NCBI GenBank assembly: GCA_014240285.1
Contig: JAAZXI010000001.1
Location: forward strand, 15,593 to 79,592
Source: Methanobacteriota archaeon
GTDB taxonomy: Archaea; Thermoplasmatota; Poseidoniia; Poseidoniales; Thalassarchaeaceae
DNA length: 64,000 nt
Reading direction: 5' to 3'
The position numbers and the translations under genes are program-made. Positions within the stretch are counted from its first letter, which is position 1; each line of letters begins with the position of its first letter. The notes beneath the pieces are model-generated. The model had not been told where the DNA came from, did not search any database, and saw nothing but the letters and a program-made list of their open reading frames with translations. Positions 47,616 through 57,936 of this stretch are shown here, piece after piece.

Positions 47616-48884
47616 ATGTCCGACTGGCTTGCTCCAATCACCACTGCGGAATCGGTCACAGCAGGCCATCCGGACAAGCTCTGCGATTCCATCTCTGACG
47701 CAATCCTTGACGCCTGCCTGACTATCGATTCAGAGGCTAGAGTCGCAGTGGAGACACTGGTCAAGGGCATGGAGGGCAAGGCGGCAATAGTGCTCGCAGG
47801 CGAGGTCAGCTTGAACGGCACAGCCCCTGACTACGAGGCAATAGCCCGCAATACTGCAGCCTCGATAGGTTACACGGACCACTCCATTGGCATGGACGCC
47901 ACTTCCCCCGAACTCTGTAAGGTCCACACCTACATCACCACCCAATCAGAGTACATCAGCCAGGGCATTGATGGCGACCTAGACTCTCAAGGAGCAGGCG
48001 ACCAGGGGATAATGTTCGGATATGCCTGCAACGAAACCGAGGACACGGCCGAACTGCGCGGGAGACACTTCCCGATTGCTGCTGCACTCTCTCAGAGATT
48101 GACCCGCCGCCTAGACATCATCCAGCGCGCCAAAAAGATTCCATGGATGCGCCCGGATGGCAAGAGTCAGGTCTCGATTCACCTCGATGGCAACAGGATC
48201 CACGAGGGCGATGGGATGCGTTACCCCCAGCACGTCAACAATGTCGTGATAGCAGTGCAGCACGCAAGGGATGCTGGCGGTTTGGCAGAGGATGCCCAGA
48301 GGGAGTTCATCCGAGATACCGTCTGGGAGCAGGTGGTCAAGCATGCTATCCCGGAGCGCTGGTTGGATGGATTCGACACTAGCAACCTCATCGTCAACGG
48401 CACCGGCTCATTCCCTGACCCGGGCGGCCCGTACTCGGATGCCGGACTCACCGGTCGCAAGATCATCGTCGACACGTACGGCGGTGGGAAACACGGTGGA
48501 GGGGCATTCAGCGGCAAGGACCCATCCAAGGTAGATCGCTCGGCTGCATACAATGCTAGATGGGCAGCCAAGCATGTAGTAGCAGCGGGTCTGGCGGACC
48601 GATGCGAGATCCAAGTTTCCTACGCTATCGGGAGGGCGCAGCCGATTGGGTTACTCGCAAACACCTTTGGAACTGGCAGCATCTCTGACCTGGAACTGTC
48701 CAACAGAATCCTGAATGTGTTCGACTGGAGGCCGGCTGGGATGATTAGGGATCTCGATTTGAAGCGACCAATCTACCTAGCCACAGCCTCAGGCGGACAC
48801 TTCGGTCGCAGCCCGACCGAGGACGGGCACTTCCCGTGGGAGCGAATCCACGAGGATAGACTAGAAGCCCTCAGAAGCGAATGA
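47616..48884 (+). CDS. metK: S-adenosylmethionine synthetase (bacterial/eukaryotic type)
   Basis: ESVTAGHPDKLCD, GAGDQG, PDGKSQV, GLTGRKIIVDTYGG, GGGAFSGKDPSKVDRS. Confidence 0.97.
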   Translation: MSDWLAPITTAESVTAGHPDKLCDSISDAILDACLTIDSEARVAVETLVKGMEGKAAIVLAGEVSLNGTAPDYEAIARNTAASIGYTDHSIGMDATSPELCKVHTYITTQSEYISQGIDGDLDSQGAGDQGIMFGYACNETEDTAELRGRHFPIAAALSQRLTRRLDIIQRAKKIPWMRPDGKSQVSIHLDGNRIHEGDGMRYPQHVNNVVIAVQHARDAGGLAEDAQREFIRDTVWEQVVKHAIPERWLDGFDTSNLIVNGTGSFPDPGGPYSDAGLTGRKIIVDTYGGGKHGGGAFSGKDPSKVDRSAAYNARWAAKHVVAAGLADRCEIQVSYAIGRAQPIGLLANTFGTGSISDLELSNRILNVFDWRPAGMIRDLDLKRPIYLATASGGHFGRSPTEDGHFPWERIHEDRLEALRSE

Positions 48885-50105
48885 GTCCAATCGCGTCTGA
48901 CGACCTCTCTTGACGAACCAGCTGTTACGCAGGTCGTCAGGGGCTGATACTCGCGGAGAGACGTAGTTGATGGCTTGCTTGAGCGAGTCGAACTGCCTCG
49001 CAGTCCCTTTCATCGCCTCACGAACAGTCTCTCGAATCAGCCAGACTCCGACTGGCGCCCAGTATTCCGGACCGATATCTCGCCAGATCAGGCAGGCTCC
49101 CGAGCGCCGCATCGAATCCATATGCTCGAGCACACCCAGTCTAGCCGAATAGTAGGCTCCAGTTATCTGGTGCGCGTACTCGGTGCGCGGTTTGAGATCC
49201 TCCCAATCTCCCAACACCTTCCCCGTACCGGTCCAAACGCTGCCCCGAGTCCAGGCTTCTAGCATGTGGAAGGCCCACAGGCCAGGTGTCAGGATGATAT
49301 GGAATATATTGTCAAGATAAGTGGCTTCGTAGACCAGCACTTTATCGAGTGAAGGATGGTCCCTTACCCTGTCCCAAAGCCGCTTGCCAAGCATGTCGTC
49401 AGTAGCCGTGATGCCCCAACGTGTGGGAACCAGTTTCCTACTACCTTCTCTGCCAAGAAGCCCGGAAGAGAGCAGGCGCGAGATCTGCGCTTCTCCAATA
49501 GAGGCCTCAGTCAACTCCTCCATCGCATCGACAGCCAACAGATCTTCCTCGTTGGCTATCGAGTCCACCTTCCTTGGGATACTGGCATGTCCGACCACTT
49601 CGGCACGCAGCACCTCGCCTGAAGGTCCTAAGGGAGTGCTCATGCTATCGAAAGTGGGATTCCTCCCGACCATAATTGGCTTGGCGAAATCGAGTTCAAC
49701 GTCAACACTTTTCTCAGCCATCGCTATCTCTTGGGTGGTCTCTAGCATCGCACCGGGAGAAGAGGTGCTGTTGACAGGCATTACACTGCCACCTGTGATG
49801 AGATTAGCGTGACGGGCCGCAACCTCCTCCAGCGGCCTGCCGAATAGATCGGCTGGGTCGCCGCTGGCTAGAGGCGCGGCATTGGAGTCGTCAGGGACCC
49901 AAGCTGCGCTTGGACCTGCCCTGACATCGGGGTAGCCGTACCTGCCTACGAATAGCGCCGGCGGGCTAGGTCCTACCAGCTCGCTTACAGAGCCGGATTG
50001 CACCACTGGGAGCCTGCCCCGGATGTCAGCGAGCAGAGGGCACGGGGAGATGCCGCACATACCCCGAGTGCCACGGCACTCGATGCATTCGGGAAACATC
50101 ACCAT
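48861..50105 (-). CDS. nreA: Nre family DNA repair protein
   Basis: CxxCxG..CG...CP zinc finger, SPP..FVG..GYP, RKLVPTRW.ITA.D, YYSARL, VGVW.IRE, C-terminal PIP box QTRLDSF. Confidence 0.9.
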   Translation of the reverse strand: MVMFPECIECRGTRGMCGISPCPLLADIRGRLPVVQSGSVSELVGPSPPALFVGRYGYPDVRAGPSAAWVPDDSNAAPLASGDPADLFGRPLEEVAARHANLITGGSVMPVNSTSSPGAMLETTQEIAMAEKSVDVELDFAKPIMVGRNPTFDSMSTPLGPSGEVLRAEVVGHASIPRKVDSIANEEDLLAVDAMEELTEASIGEAQISRLLSSGLLGREGSRKLVPTRWGITATDDMLGKRLWDRVRDHPSLDKVLVYEATYLDNIFHIILTPGLWAFHMLEAWTRGSVWTGTGKVLGDWEDLKPRTEYAHQITGAYYSARLGVLEHMDSMRRSGACLIWRDIGPEYWAPVGVWLIRETVREAMKGTARQFDSLKQAINYVSPRVSAPDDLRNSWFVKRGRQTRLDSFASEGF

Positions 50106-50200
50106 GCAATCGCAATCGGATGCTCTTAGGCATACTGCTCTACGAACGCAGGAAGGCGGCATTCAAAGGGACGACTTCGCTCCGGCAGCTGGGGAGATAG

Positions 50201-50632
50201 ATGGCTAGGATTCCAGCGACCATCTTGCAGCATTTCATCGGTCTCTCGGACTACGAGCGCAGGCTAGCCATAGACAAGGCATCTAGAGAACTCGGCATGA
50301 CCGTCGAGCAGATAGAGGCCGAGATTGAGAATTTCCAGAAAGGTGACTTCAATCAGGATCAGCCTATCGCTGAATCCCCAGCTGAAGTGCCTCGCAGAAA
50401 GTCGATTTTCAATAGATCGAAGAAGCAGAAGGAGGGCGGTCCAGAGTTCGTCGACGACTCCCACAAATACCGATTCCGATACGACCCCAGCGTAGCCGGC
50501 AAGGCCCGTCAGGACAAGGCGACCCAAGCCATCTCATGCCCTCACTGCAAGGCTGCTCTCGGAATCCCAGATAAACGACCAATCAGGGTCACTTGCCCTG
50601 CTTGTATGATGGACTCGACCTTTGAGGACTGA
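50201..50632 (+). CDS. hypothetical protein with C-terminal zinc ribbon
   Basis: CPHC-x13-CPAC. Confidence 0.75.
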   Translation: MARIPATILQHFIGLSDYERRLAIDKASRELGMTVEQIEAEIENFQKGDFNQDQPIAESPAEVPRRKSIFNRSKKQKEGGPEFVDDSHKYRFRYDPSVAGKARQDKATQAISCPHCKAALGIPDKRPIRVTCPACMMDSTFED

Positions 50633-51802
50633 TCAGACGCCCCAGAACCGATTTTCTCCAGTGACGCCTTCGTCCTCAGTCACTGATTGCACAGCTGTCC
50701 TCAGCAAGTAGTAGGCGATAATTGCGAACACCGGCATACCCCAAGTGTCTGAGACGTTCTGGTAGTCGAGGCTGAAGTCCGATCCTCCCATCTCTACGAG
50801 GATGACCACCAGTGAGGCCCTAGCGAAGAAGTACACCACACCCCCCAGGCCCAACAGCAGCACGCTGCGTCCGGTGAAGCTGCCCTCCTTCCATCTAAGC
50901 ACGCCCAGAGAAAGGGCGAACGAGAAGGCCGAGACAACGATCCACGTGAGGGCCTCGTTGATGGCTATGGCCCAGACGGTTACGTCCCTGTTCACGGCGT
51001 CGACGTTGAATTCGCCGCCTAGTCCGGCTACGTAACTGTCAATCTCGATGTTCGTGGCTGAGAAAACTTGGTAGGCGGTGAGGATGGATAGGAGTACCGA
51101 GACGATTGAGAGGCCCCAGAGTAGGGATGACCAGATTCCACCGGTGGCACTTTCCCGCATGTCAATCATCAGACGTTCCAGCTGCTGTTCCCAGCCAAGC
51201 CCCTTGGCTAGCACCCAGATACCGATGAACAGCGGCATTGCGCCGATGAGAGCACCACCACCTGGGATGATGAGTCCGAGACCAAGGATCATCAGGAAGA
51301 TGGCGACAGGAACCAGTAGTTTGGCTCGCCAACGCGGGTCGTCGATGGCCTTGGCGATGTAGTAGTAAGTACTCTCGATACCCTTGGACTGTCTAACAAT
51401 CACCTTCTCGACGTGATCGACCCGCACCCTTGAGGTGATTATGGGAAGCGAAGCCTCGTCATCCGCGCCATCGGTAATCAGGACAGCGGAGTCAGGCTGG
51501 AACTCCTGGATGACCTCGTCCAGTTGCATCGCGATGGCCCGGTCACTGCGTGGACCGACCCGTACATCGCCTGTCAGCAGGGCGATTTCTATCTCGTCAT
51601 TACCCTGAGCGTTCTCAACCAGCCTGTCATGATGGTGCAAGGCTCCCAAGATGGCGTTGGTGTCGGATTCTTCAGGATCGGCAATACCCAGTCGCAGTGC
51701 GGCCGTAAGGGTGGGCTTGCGACCGATGACGGGGCCTCTGATGCCGGCCTTCACTCCGAGGTCGTTGTCTCGGTCGACAGTCAGTACGAGAGTCCTCACC
51801 AT
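50633..51802 (-). CDS. DUF373 family membrane protein
   Basis: LVLTVDRDNDLG, ADPEESDTN, DGADDE, VIVRQS. Confidence 0.9.
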   Translation of the reverse strand: MVRTLVLTVDRDNDLGVKAGIRGPVIGRKPTLTAALRLGIADPEESDTNAILGALHHHDRLVENAQGNDEIEIALLTGDVRVGPRSDRAIAMQLDEVIQEFQPDSAVLITDGADDEASLPIITSRVRVDHVEKVIVRQSKGIESTYYYIAKAIDDPRWRAKLLVPVAIFLMILGLGLIIPGGGALIGAMPLFIGIWVLAKGLGWEQQLERLMIDMRESATGGIWSSLLWGLSIVSVLLSILTAYQVFSATNIEIDSYVAGLGGEFNVDAVNRDVTVWAIAINEALTWIVVSAFSFALSLGVLRWKEGSFTGRSVLLLGLGGVVYFFARASLVVILVEMGGSDFSLDYQNVSDTWGMPVFAIIAYYLLRTAVQSVTEDEGVTGENRFWGV

Positions 51803-51845
51803 GTCTATTCATCCGGTATGGGCCGCGATGTAGTGCTGGCCCATA

Positions 51846-53018
51846 TCAAGAATTGGCCGACTCGACCTCGTCCTCGGCGACTTCAGGCTCTTCCTTTGCC
51901 TGCGAACTCTCATGATAGCGGCTACGCTGCTTGGCTCTGATATACTTCAGCGGGTGGGTCAACCACTCCTGGTCGCACAGTCTGTCGTCGCCCGGCTGCA
52001 CCGGGCACCTAGCGGAGGTTTTCAGGGCGGCGCAGCCATGTGGTGTGTAGTCGCGCTCGTAGATTTGATTCACCTGGTAAGAGGTTGTGTCCGCGCTGTA
52101 GTCGGGGGCGTTGGCGAAGAACGAGCAGGTCTGCTCCTGCGACATCCCGATGGACTTCGAGAAGGCAGCTAGAAACACCCTCCCGGTATGGTTTACGTTA
52201 ACTCCCTGATTCAACTCGGAAACCGCCGACTCAAAGCATGGTGGCCAGTCATCCCTGACCGCAGCCGACATCGGCATCTCGGCCTCAACTTGCTCGGAGA
52301 GCAACCCAGTGATACGCTCGACCGGATCGGCGAACAGAGCCGCGAACTCCTCACTCATCTTGTCCATTCTGTCTGTGCAGGTCCGGTTCAGGTTCTCTCG
52401 GATTCTCTCCTTCAGCAACCTCGCAGTACGTTGCCTACTGCTCTCACCCACAGCAGCGTCCATGCAGACCCATCCTCTGATGACCGGTCGGTTGGCCAGA
52501 TGCCAGTAGGCGCCAGAGATTCTTGGACACAATTCGATGAAGTCAGCCATGGGAATCCAGTAAACCATCTCGTCAGAACCCGAGGCCATCTCGCTTCGAA
52601 TTCCCGACAGGTAAGAAGTTGCCAGCAGTTCGAAATTCTCCGAGTCCATGCCGAACAGCTGATCGGCCCTAGTCGCCTCACCCTCTATCCACCGAGCCAG
52701 CAATCTCTCGTTGAAGGAGGCGCAGACGACCAGCATAGCGTGCAGGAACGAAAGCACCTCGGTCATCCTACCCACTTCGGTCGATAGGTCGACAGTGGTC
52801 GCGATGTCAGCACCGTCCTTGTGCATCACACTGTCGAGCAGGCGCAGTCTACCGCGAGTTCTGATGTCCTCTAACCAAGGGGCCTCTATCAGATTCTCGA
52901 CTGAGATACCATTGTTCTCTAGTACGCTGCGCATGTGCTCCCTGCCTTGAGGCAGGAAAGGATAGCGAGCTAGCAGGACCTCGTCCTCCACCGATGGTAG
53001 TGCAAGCGGCATCGGCAT
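51846..53018 (-). CDS. priL: DNA primase large subunit
   Basis: ARYPFL, WPPC, NHTGR, PDY...TSYQV, C...C...C...HPL.Y (Fe-S ligands). Confidence 0.92.
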   Translation of the reverse strand: MPMPLALPSVEDEVLLARYPFLPQGREHMRSVLENNGISVENLIEAPWLEDIRTRGRLRLLDSVMHKDGADIATTVDLSTEVGRMTEVLSFLHAMLVVCASFNERLLARWIEGEATRADQLFGMDSENFELLATSYLSGIRSEMASGSDEMVYWIPMADFIELCPRISGAYWHLANRPVIRGWVCMDAAVGESSRQRTARLLKERIRENLNRTCTDRMDKMSEEFAALFADPVERITGLLSEQVEAEMPMSAAVRDDWPPCFESAVSELNQGVNVNHTGRVFLAAFSKSIGMSQEQTCSFFANAPDYSADTTSYQVNQIYERDYTPHGCAALKTSARCPVQPGDDRLCDQEWLTHPLKYIRAKQRSRYHESSQAKEEPEVAEDEVESANS

Positions 53019-53083
53019 TGGCAAGCAGTGGGCCACGAGGGTTATTCAACACTCACCGTGCCCTTCTACTGGAGCGAGGCCAG

Positions 53084-53839
53084 ATGAATAGACCGACCGA
53101 CCTGCTTCCCGTCGACGACGAACTGCTCGCTATCCAGACGGAGGTACGAGAGCACTTCGGATGGAAACTCGACACCGACACCAGCAGCGCTAGATCCATG
53201 CTCGAAGCAGTTGAGGCGTCGCAGATCGACAACTGGACCCGCCCACGCAGGGCCGCCAACGTTGCGGGCCTGATTAGAAGGATGGTGCTCAGACCCACTG
53301 AAGTCGCAGTCCTCGGTGCGGCCGTGGAAGCCGACGAGGTCTTGCAAGTGCTTGAGCGCCCGACTCTCCTAGTCGCTGCCGACGGCTCCGCGGGTGTTCT
53401 CTCGACACTGCCCGATTCGACGGCGGAGAGAGCTTGGTCGCGCCTAGCATGCATCGTCAGCGACGGCGACGGCGGCCAAGGAACCCTCGAGGCAGTCAAG
53501 CGGGGCATACCAGTCTTCCTGCACGCCCACGGCGACAACTTCGCCGAGTGGGAGTCACTACTGGAGATAGCAGCAGGGACAGCAACGCCCTCGCCTCTGG
53601 TGCTGACTCATCAAACTCCTACAACAATTCCGGGTATGCACAACCCTGGTGGATTCACCGACGGCGACAGGGCCGCTTGCGTGGTCCGCTCTATGGGCGT
53701 GCCTAACGAGGCGATTACGATGCTGGGTACTAGGATCGATGTCGTAGGCAGGTGGTCGGGAGTGACTGATCCTGATACCAAGATGCAGAAGCTTCAGTGG
53801 ATGGACAGGGTCCTGCGGACCCTACAAATCGATTACTAG
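53084..53839 (+). CDS. mptE: 6-hydroxymethylpterin diphosphokinase MptE-like
   Basis: VAADG, VSDGDG, LHAHGDN, GGFTDGDRA, KMQKLQW. Confidence 0.85.
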   Translation: MNRPTDLLPVDDELLAIQTEVREHFGWKLDTDTSSARSMLEAVEASQIDNWTRPRRAANVAGLIRRMVLRPTEVAVLGAAVEADEVLQVLERPTLLVAADGSAGVLSTLPDSTAERAWSRLACIVSDGDGGQGTLEAVKRGIPVFLHAHGDNFAEWESLLEIAAGTATPSPLVLTHQTPTTIPGMHNPGGFTDGDRAACVVRSMGVPNEAITMLGTRIDVVGRWSGVTDPDTKMQKLQWMDRVLRTLQIDY

Positions 53840-56800
53840 ACGAAGTCGTTGAGTGTCATCACGGTGACCGTGTCGTCGTTGAACAGCGAGTCAACGCTGT
53901 CAGTCATCCAATCAACGCGCTGTTTGGTGTAATCGTCGACGCCGTACCTCTCGATGACGTTCCGGGTAATCTCGATGTACTTGCGAACCGCTCCCTCGGA
54001 GACTGTCAGAACAACATTGCCCCCGCACAGGGTGCTGTCACCGTCTCTCGAACCGGCTAGACCACCACCTGTCGAAACAGTCTGTATGCATCTGCCGGCT
54101 AGCGGCATCCTGCGGTACGAAGCGGCACACTTGACGCAGCGAACCTTCTGACGTGTGAAGGCCATGAGATTTCCACGCAGGTCAGGAAGGAAGTGGGATT
54201 CGATGACCTGCGAGGCTACGCGCTGCGCACTGACAGGTCTCAGATTAGTTCCGAGAGCCAACTGAGCGAGCATTTTGTCCTCCATCGTCTTGAGGGTCTT
54301 GTACGACGAGTTCTTCGGGCCGGCGTCGAGTCGACCCGAGTCATGAGTCCAACCGTACCCGCGAATCTCCCCTACAGCACCAACCCTGTTACTGACCAAG
54401 TCGACGAGACCCTCTATCTCGCTAGGGTGCGGCTGCGACTTCGTCGCTTCGTAGAAGGCTCGGCTGTAGGACCACGAGCAGTCGACGTTGAGAGCCTCCT
54501 TGTCTATCTCGCTCGGATTGATGCGTGTGCTCAGTACCAGCGGAGCGTCCATTCGGCCGCCCCTGCCCGCTGGCAAAATCAATTTTGAGAAGTTTAGCAG
54601 ACCGTCTAGCAGCATCATCAAACTGTCCTCATCACCGTCACAGTTTCGCCGCTTCGCGGCATGGAACAGTGGATGGGCATATCCGGCAGAGGCACTGGTC
54701 CATCCGATGATTCGACACAGCACACCACCCGACGTGTGCGGCGCGAGACCAATAGCCAGATGACCCACCAAATCGGACTCGTCAGCGGCCTCATAGAAGG
54801 GAGCCATCTCGTAGAACCGTACCAACAGGTCGTCGACGAAACGGCATATGTTCAGGAGGTGTTCTTTGGCTAGAATCGAAGGCACGAAGTCCTGCGGTAG
54901 AAGTTCAAGCATCTGCTCGTCCGAATCGAGAGGTGCACCGAAGATATCGTGAGAATATCCCAGATCGTGCAGCTTGTTCCAAGGGGTGCCAATTTCACTA
55001 GGTTTGAAATGAGTAATCGGAACATCGCTCATGTCGTAGCGCGAGGTTCCATCGCGGAACACCGAGACCCCGTGCTTTGCTCGCAGTAACCCCTTTTCTA
55101 TCGGCTCGGGCGTCTGTCCTATCGAAATCAGGCCCTTGACTGCTTTGATTCTGTTCGGCAACCTGTCTAGGCCGAGCGCACGCCTCTTGACTTCTAGAAT
55201 GCCGCCGAGTGGAACACTGGTTCTTTGCCCCATCCTACGCCTGAACTGCCCGCTTCGACGCTTGCTCGCCTGGGTGCGTCCCCCACACTCAATCGCCTCG
55301 CCTGAGACTAGTCGGTTGTGACATCTCAGATGGGGGGACTCCTGCCCGCACTTTTCGCACACACGCGGCCCCATTTCGACCCGGATGACACCTTGGCCGG
55401 CGGCCTGCCCCAGCAGTCGCTGCGGACCCCCATTCTCGCCTATCGGGTATAGAGCGTGGACCATTGGCTTCATCTCGCGCGCGCCGGCTTTCTCCGGCCG
55501 ACCCATGCGTGAGCCCACCCTGCAGGGCGCAGAGTCCTCCCAGCGCAGTTTGGACAGACGCCTGACTAGCCAAAGCGAACGATCGACTTCGTGTTCGTCC
55601 AGCAGAACCCGGGCAGCCCGGAGGGCTGCGAGGTCATCAGGCCCGGAGTCGTCGATCTCCTCCGCAGCGGCCCGACCAGCGGTATCGGTATCTTGTATGC
55701 CGAGTCCTTCCTGCCTCGCTGCTGTTTCGGCCTTCATCCTGACGACCGCTCTCCGGCCTTCCAGATCCGCCCGACGAGCGTTCTCCTGTGTGATGACCGC
55801 CGTCGCTTTGCGAATCCTGCCTACTCTGTCTTCGATATGTGGTCCCGCCTCGACTGCGACACGCACGGATCCGTTGTGGACCTCGAGCCCGAGACCCTCG
55901 ACCAGTCCCTCCCAGTGCGATGCTATCACGATGTCATCGCCCTCGTGGTAATGCTCGACCCCAAGGGTCATCAGAGCAGATTTCAGGATGCCGTGATTGT
56001 GCACCATGGTCCATCGGGGCCAGACTCCGGTGGAGGGGGTCGGTAGCCCAATGTCCTCGACGAAGGTGTCTGGAGACCAAGCAGCGGCGCCATCGTGTAA
56101 GCGCAGCCCTCCGTCTTCAAAGGACGAACTCACAAGCGCCTCAATGACCGCGGGAGCGAACGACATCGGCAGGTCTGACCACCACAGGTTCCACGGTGGT
56201 GGAACCGCCGCGCCGTATTCCAGATTCATGGCTCGCGCAGATTCCCACTCCACCTCCAAATCGCGCAGGAACAGGAACCAGTCTCGCCGGCGCCAACTGC
56301 GATCAAGAGTGCTCTCGCCACCTCGTTTGATAGCACCGTTGAAGGGTATTCCAGATGGAAGTTCGGACCTATCGACTCCAAGAATCTTAGCGAAACCGTC
56401 GACCTTGTCGGGATGATCTAGGGAATCCGAGAGGTCGGCTGACCACCAATCTCGGTTGTAGGCCGAGGGGACAAGTTCCTTGTTGTTCTCAAGGAACTCG
56501 CCGAAGCCAGACAGTATCTCTCCAGAGTCCCAGATGCTGAGGACTTCCTGAGAGCATCCCTCCCATTCTTCGATAGTAGAGATTCTGCGGAAGGAACCGT
56601 CTCTGAGTAGGACTGTAGGCCCGTCGATATCGATACATGGGGTCACTGCGCAGGCCTTTCCGGGCCTTTCCGTCTTCATCTGGGTCCCAACGGATAGAAA
56701 TCCCCCTAGAGCCTGCATCGAGACCGGGTTCACTCCGGCGGCGGCGAGCCCGGAGGCACGACTCCTACCGTATCTGAGTCTGAACCCACCAGGCTCACAG

Positions 56801-57801
56801 GGCTCGCCGAAGACCGGCCGCCCGGCGATGACGTCCTCCATGTACCGGCCCACTTTGCCTATCTCGCGCTTCTTAATGCCGCTAGCAGCATCGCTCTTGC
56901 CCTTGCCGGCGAACTGGGCTATGAAGTCCCATCCAGGTATCTCCAACCTTGTGGTATGCTTGAGAATCTTCGGAGCCTTGAGGCACAGCCCCTCTCCGAT
57001 GACCAGCATCACGCCTCCTCGAATTCTTGTACGGGGAGAGTCGTTCGAATTCACGATGTTACGGACCTCTTTGTAGCCTGCACACTCCTGTTTCTCAGTC
57101 TCCTCTCCGTTGACCATCACCGGGCAGGCCCGCACGATGACCTCTATCTCCTCAGGGGGTGGCTTGTACTGCAGGCCGACGCGGTATAGGCCGAACTCCT
57201 CCTTGACTCGCTCCACCTCAGGTGTAGTCGGGACGTACCTGCCGATGCCGAGCTCACGACGGATCATGTCACCAATCAAGACTCCCAACGCCTGGGCTGT
57301 ACCTCCAGCTGCTCGAATCGGGCCAGCGTAGTCTATCGATAGGAATTCTGAACCATCGGCGTTGTTCATGATGCGGACGCCGCCGATGCCCTCGAGCGGT
57401 GCCACCAGAACCGCTTCGGTCAGCACCGCGAGACCGACTCTAAGTCCTGAATCTATGGCCTTGGTGATGTCACTGGTCCTAGCGTGCATCCTCCGTGCTA
57501 CATCGAGCGCTATCTCGATGGCTGCAGTCTCTCTGTCGGAGGTCCTCAGGAGGTTCCGCAGGTCGTCTTCTATGCTCATCCCATCGAGATACTCCTCAAG
57601 CAGCTTCTCGGTTCTGCTAGCGAGGTCGGCGGTACGCGGGATTTCAACCTCATCTGAGAAATCAAGGCCCTTGGCCTTGGCCTCGCCGGCGATGAGAAAG
57701 ACTTCGTCTGCGCGTCGGTCCAACCAACTCTGATACGACGTGCGCTCGCCGTTCAGGCGAGCCTCGTCGTACTCCGCAACACGCCTCTTATCCGAACTCA
57801 T
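53836..57801 (-). CDS. polC: DNA polymerase D large subunit DP2
   Basis: GPIRAAGGT, EG.CLKA.K, GFRLRYGR, RMGRPEK, FHAAKRRNCDGDED, HFLPDLRGNL, C-terminal PIP-like MTLNDF. Confidence 0.98.
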   Translation of the reverse strand: MSSDKRRVAEYDEARLNGERTSYQSWLDRRADEVFLIAGEAKAKGLDFSDEVEIPRTADLASRTEKLLEEYLDGMSIEDDLRNLLRTSDRETAAIEIALDVARRMHARTSDITKAIDSGLRVGLAVLTEAVLVAPLEGIGGVRIMNNADGSEFLSIDYAGPIRAAGGTAQALGVLIGDMIRRELGIGRYVPTTPEVERVKEEFGLYRVGLQYKPPPEEIEVIVRACPVMVNGEETEKQECAGYKEVRNIVNSNDSPRTRIRGGVMLVIGEGLCLKAPKILKHTTRLEIPGWDFIAQFAGKGKSDAASGIKKREIGKVGRYMEDVIAGRPVFGEPCEPGGFRLRYGRSRASGLAAAGVNPVSMQALGGFLSVGTQMKTERPGKACAVTPCIDIDGPTVLLRDGSFRRISTIEEWEGCSQEVLSIWDSGEILSGFGEFLENNKELVPSAYNRDWWSADLSDSLDHPDKVDGFAKILGVDRSELPSGIPFNGAIKRGGESTLDRSWRRRDWFLFLRDLEVEWESARAMNLEYGAAVPPPWNLWWSDLPMSFAPAVIEALVSSSFEDGGLRLHDGAAAWSPDTFVEDIGLPTPSTGVWPRWTMVHNHGILKSALMTLGVEHYHEGDDIVIASHWEGLVEGLGLEVHNGSVRVAVEAGPHIEDRVGRIRKATAVITQENARRADLEGRRAVVRMKAETAARQEGLGIQDTDTAGRAAAEEIDDSGPDDLAALRAARVLLDEHEVDRSLWLVRRLSKLRWEDSAPCRVGSRMGRPEKAGAREMKPMVHALYPIGENGGPQRLLGQAAGQGVIRVEMGPRVCEKCGQESPHLRCHNRLVSGEAIECGGRTQASKRRSGQFRRRMGQRTSVPLGGILEVKRRALGLDRLPNRIKAVKGLISIGQTPEPIEKGLLRAKHGVSVFRDGTSRYDMSDVPITHFKPSEIGTPWNKLHDLGYSHDIFGAPLDSDEQMLELLPQDFVPSILAKEHLLNICRFVDDLLVRFYEMAPFYEAADESDLVGHLAIGLAPHTSGGVLCRIIGWTSASAGYAHPLFHAAKRRNCDGDEDSLMMLLDGLLNFSKLILPAGRGGRMDAPLVLSTRINPSEIDKEALNVDCSWSYSRAFYEATKSQPHPSEIEGLVDLVSNRVGAVGEIRGYGWTHDSGRLDAGPKNSSYKTLKTMEDKMLAQLALGTNLRPVSAQRVASQVIESHFLPDLRGNLMAFTRQKVRCVKCAASYRRMPLAGRCIQTVSTGGGLAGSRDGDSTLCGGNVVLTVSEGAVRKYIEITRNVIERYGVDDYTKQRVDWMTDSVDSLFNDDTVTVMTLNDFV

Positions 57802-57936
57802 GTATACACGCTCCGCTGCTGAACATCCTCATACTGTTGGAGGCCGTCCAAGAACATTCACCGAAATGCCCGCCAATCTGCCTGTCCGGAGTGCGAACCT
57901 TCATCCGACCCCTGCCGAGCCGAAGCGAAGGAGAAG

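Noticed and set aside
54620-54680. Intein in PolD DP2
   Set aside because: The usual insertion site HAAKRRN|CDGDED is contiguous, and there are no splicing or LAGLIDADG motifs.
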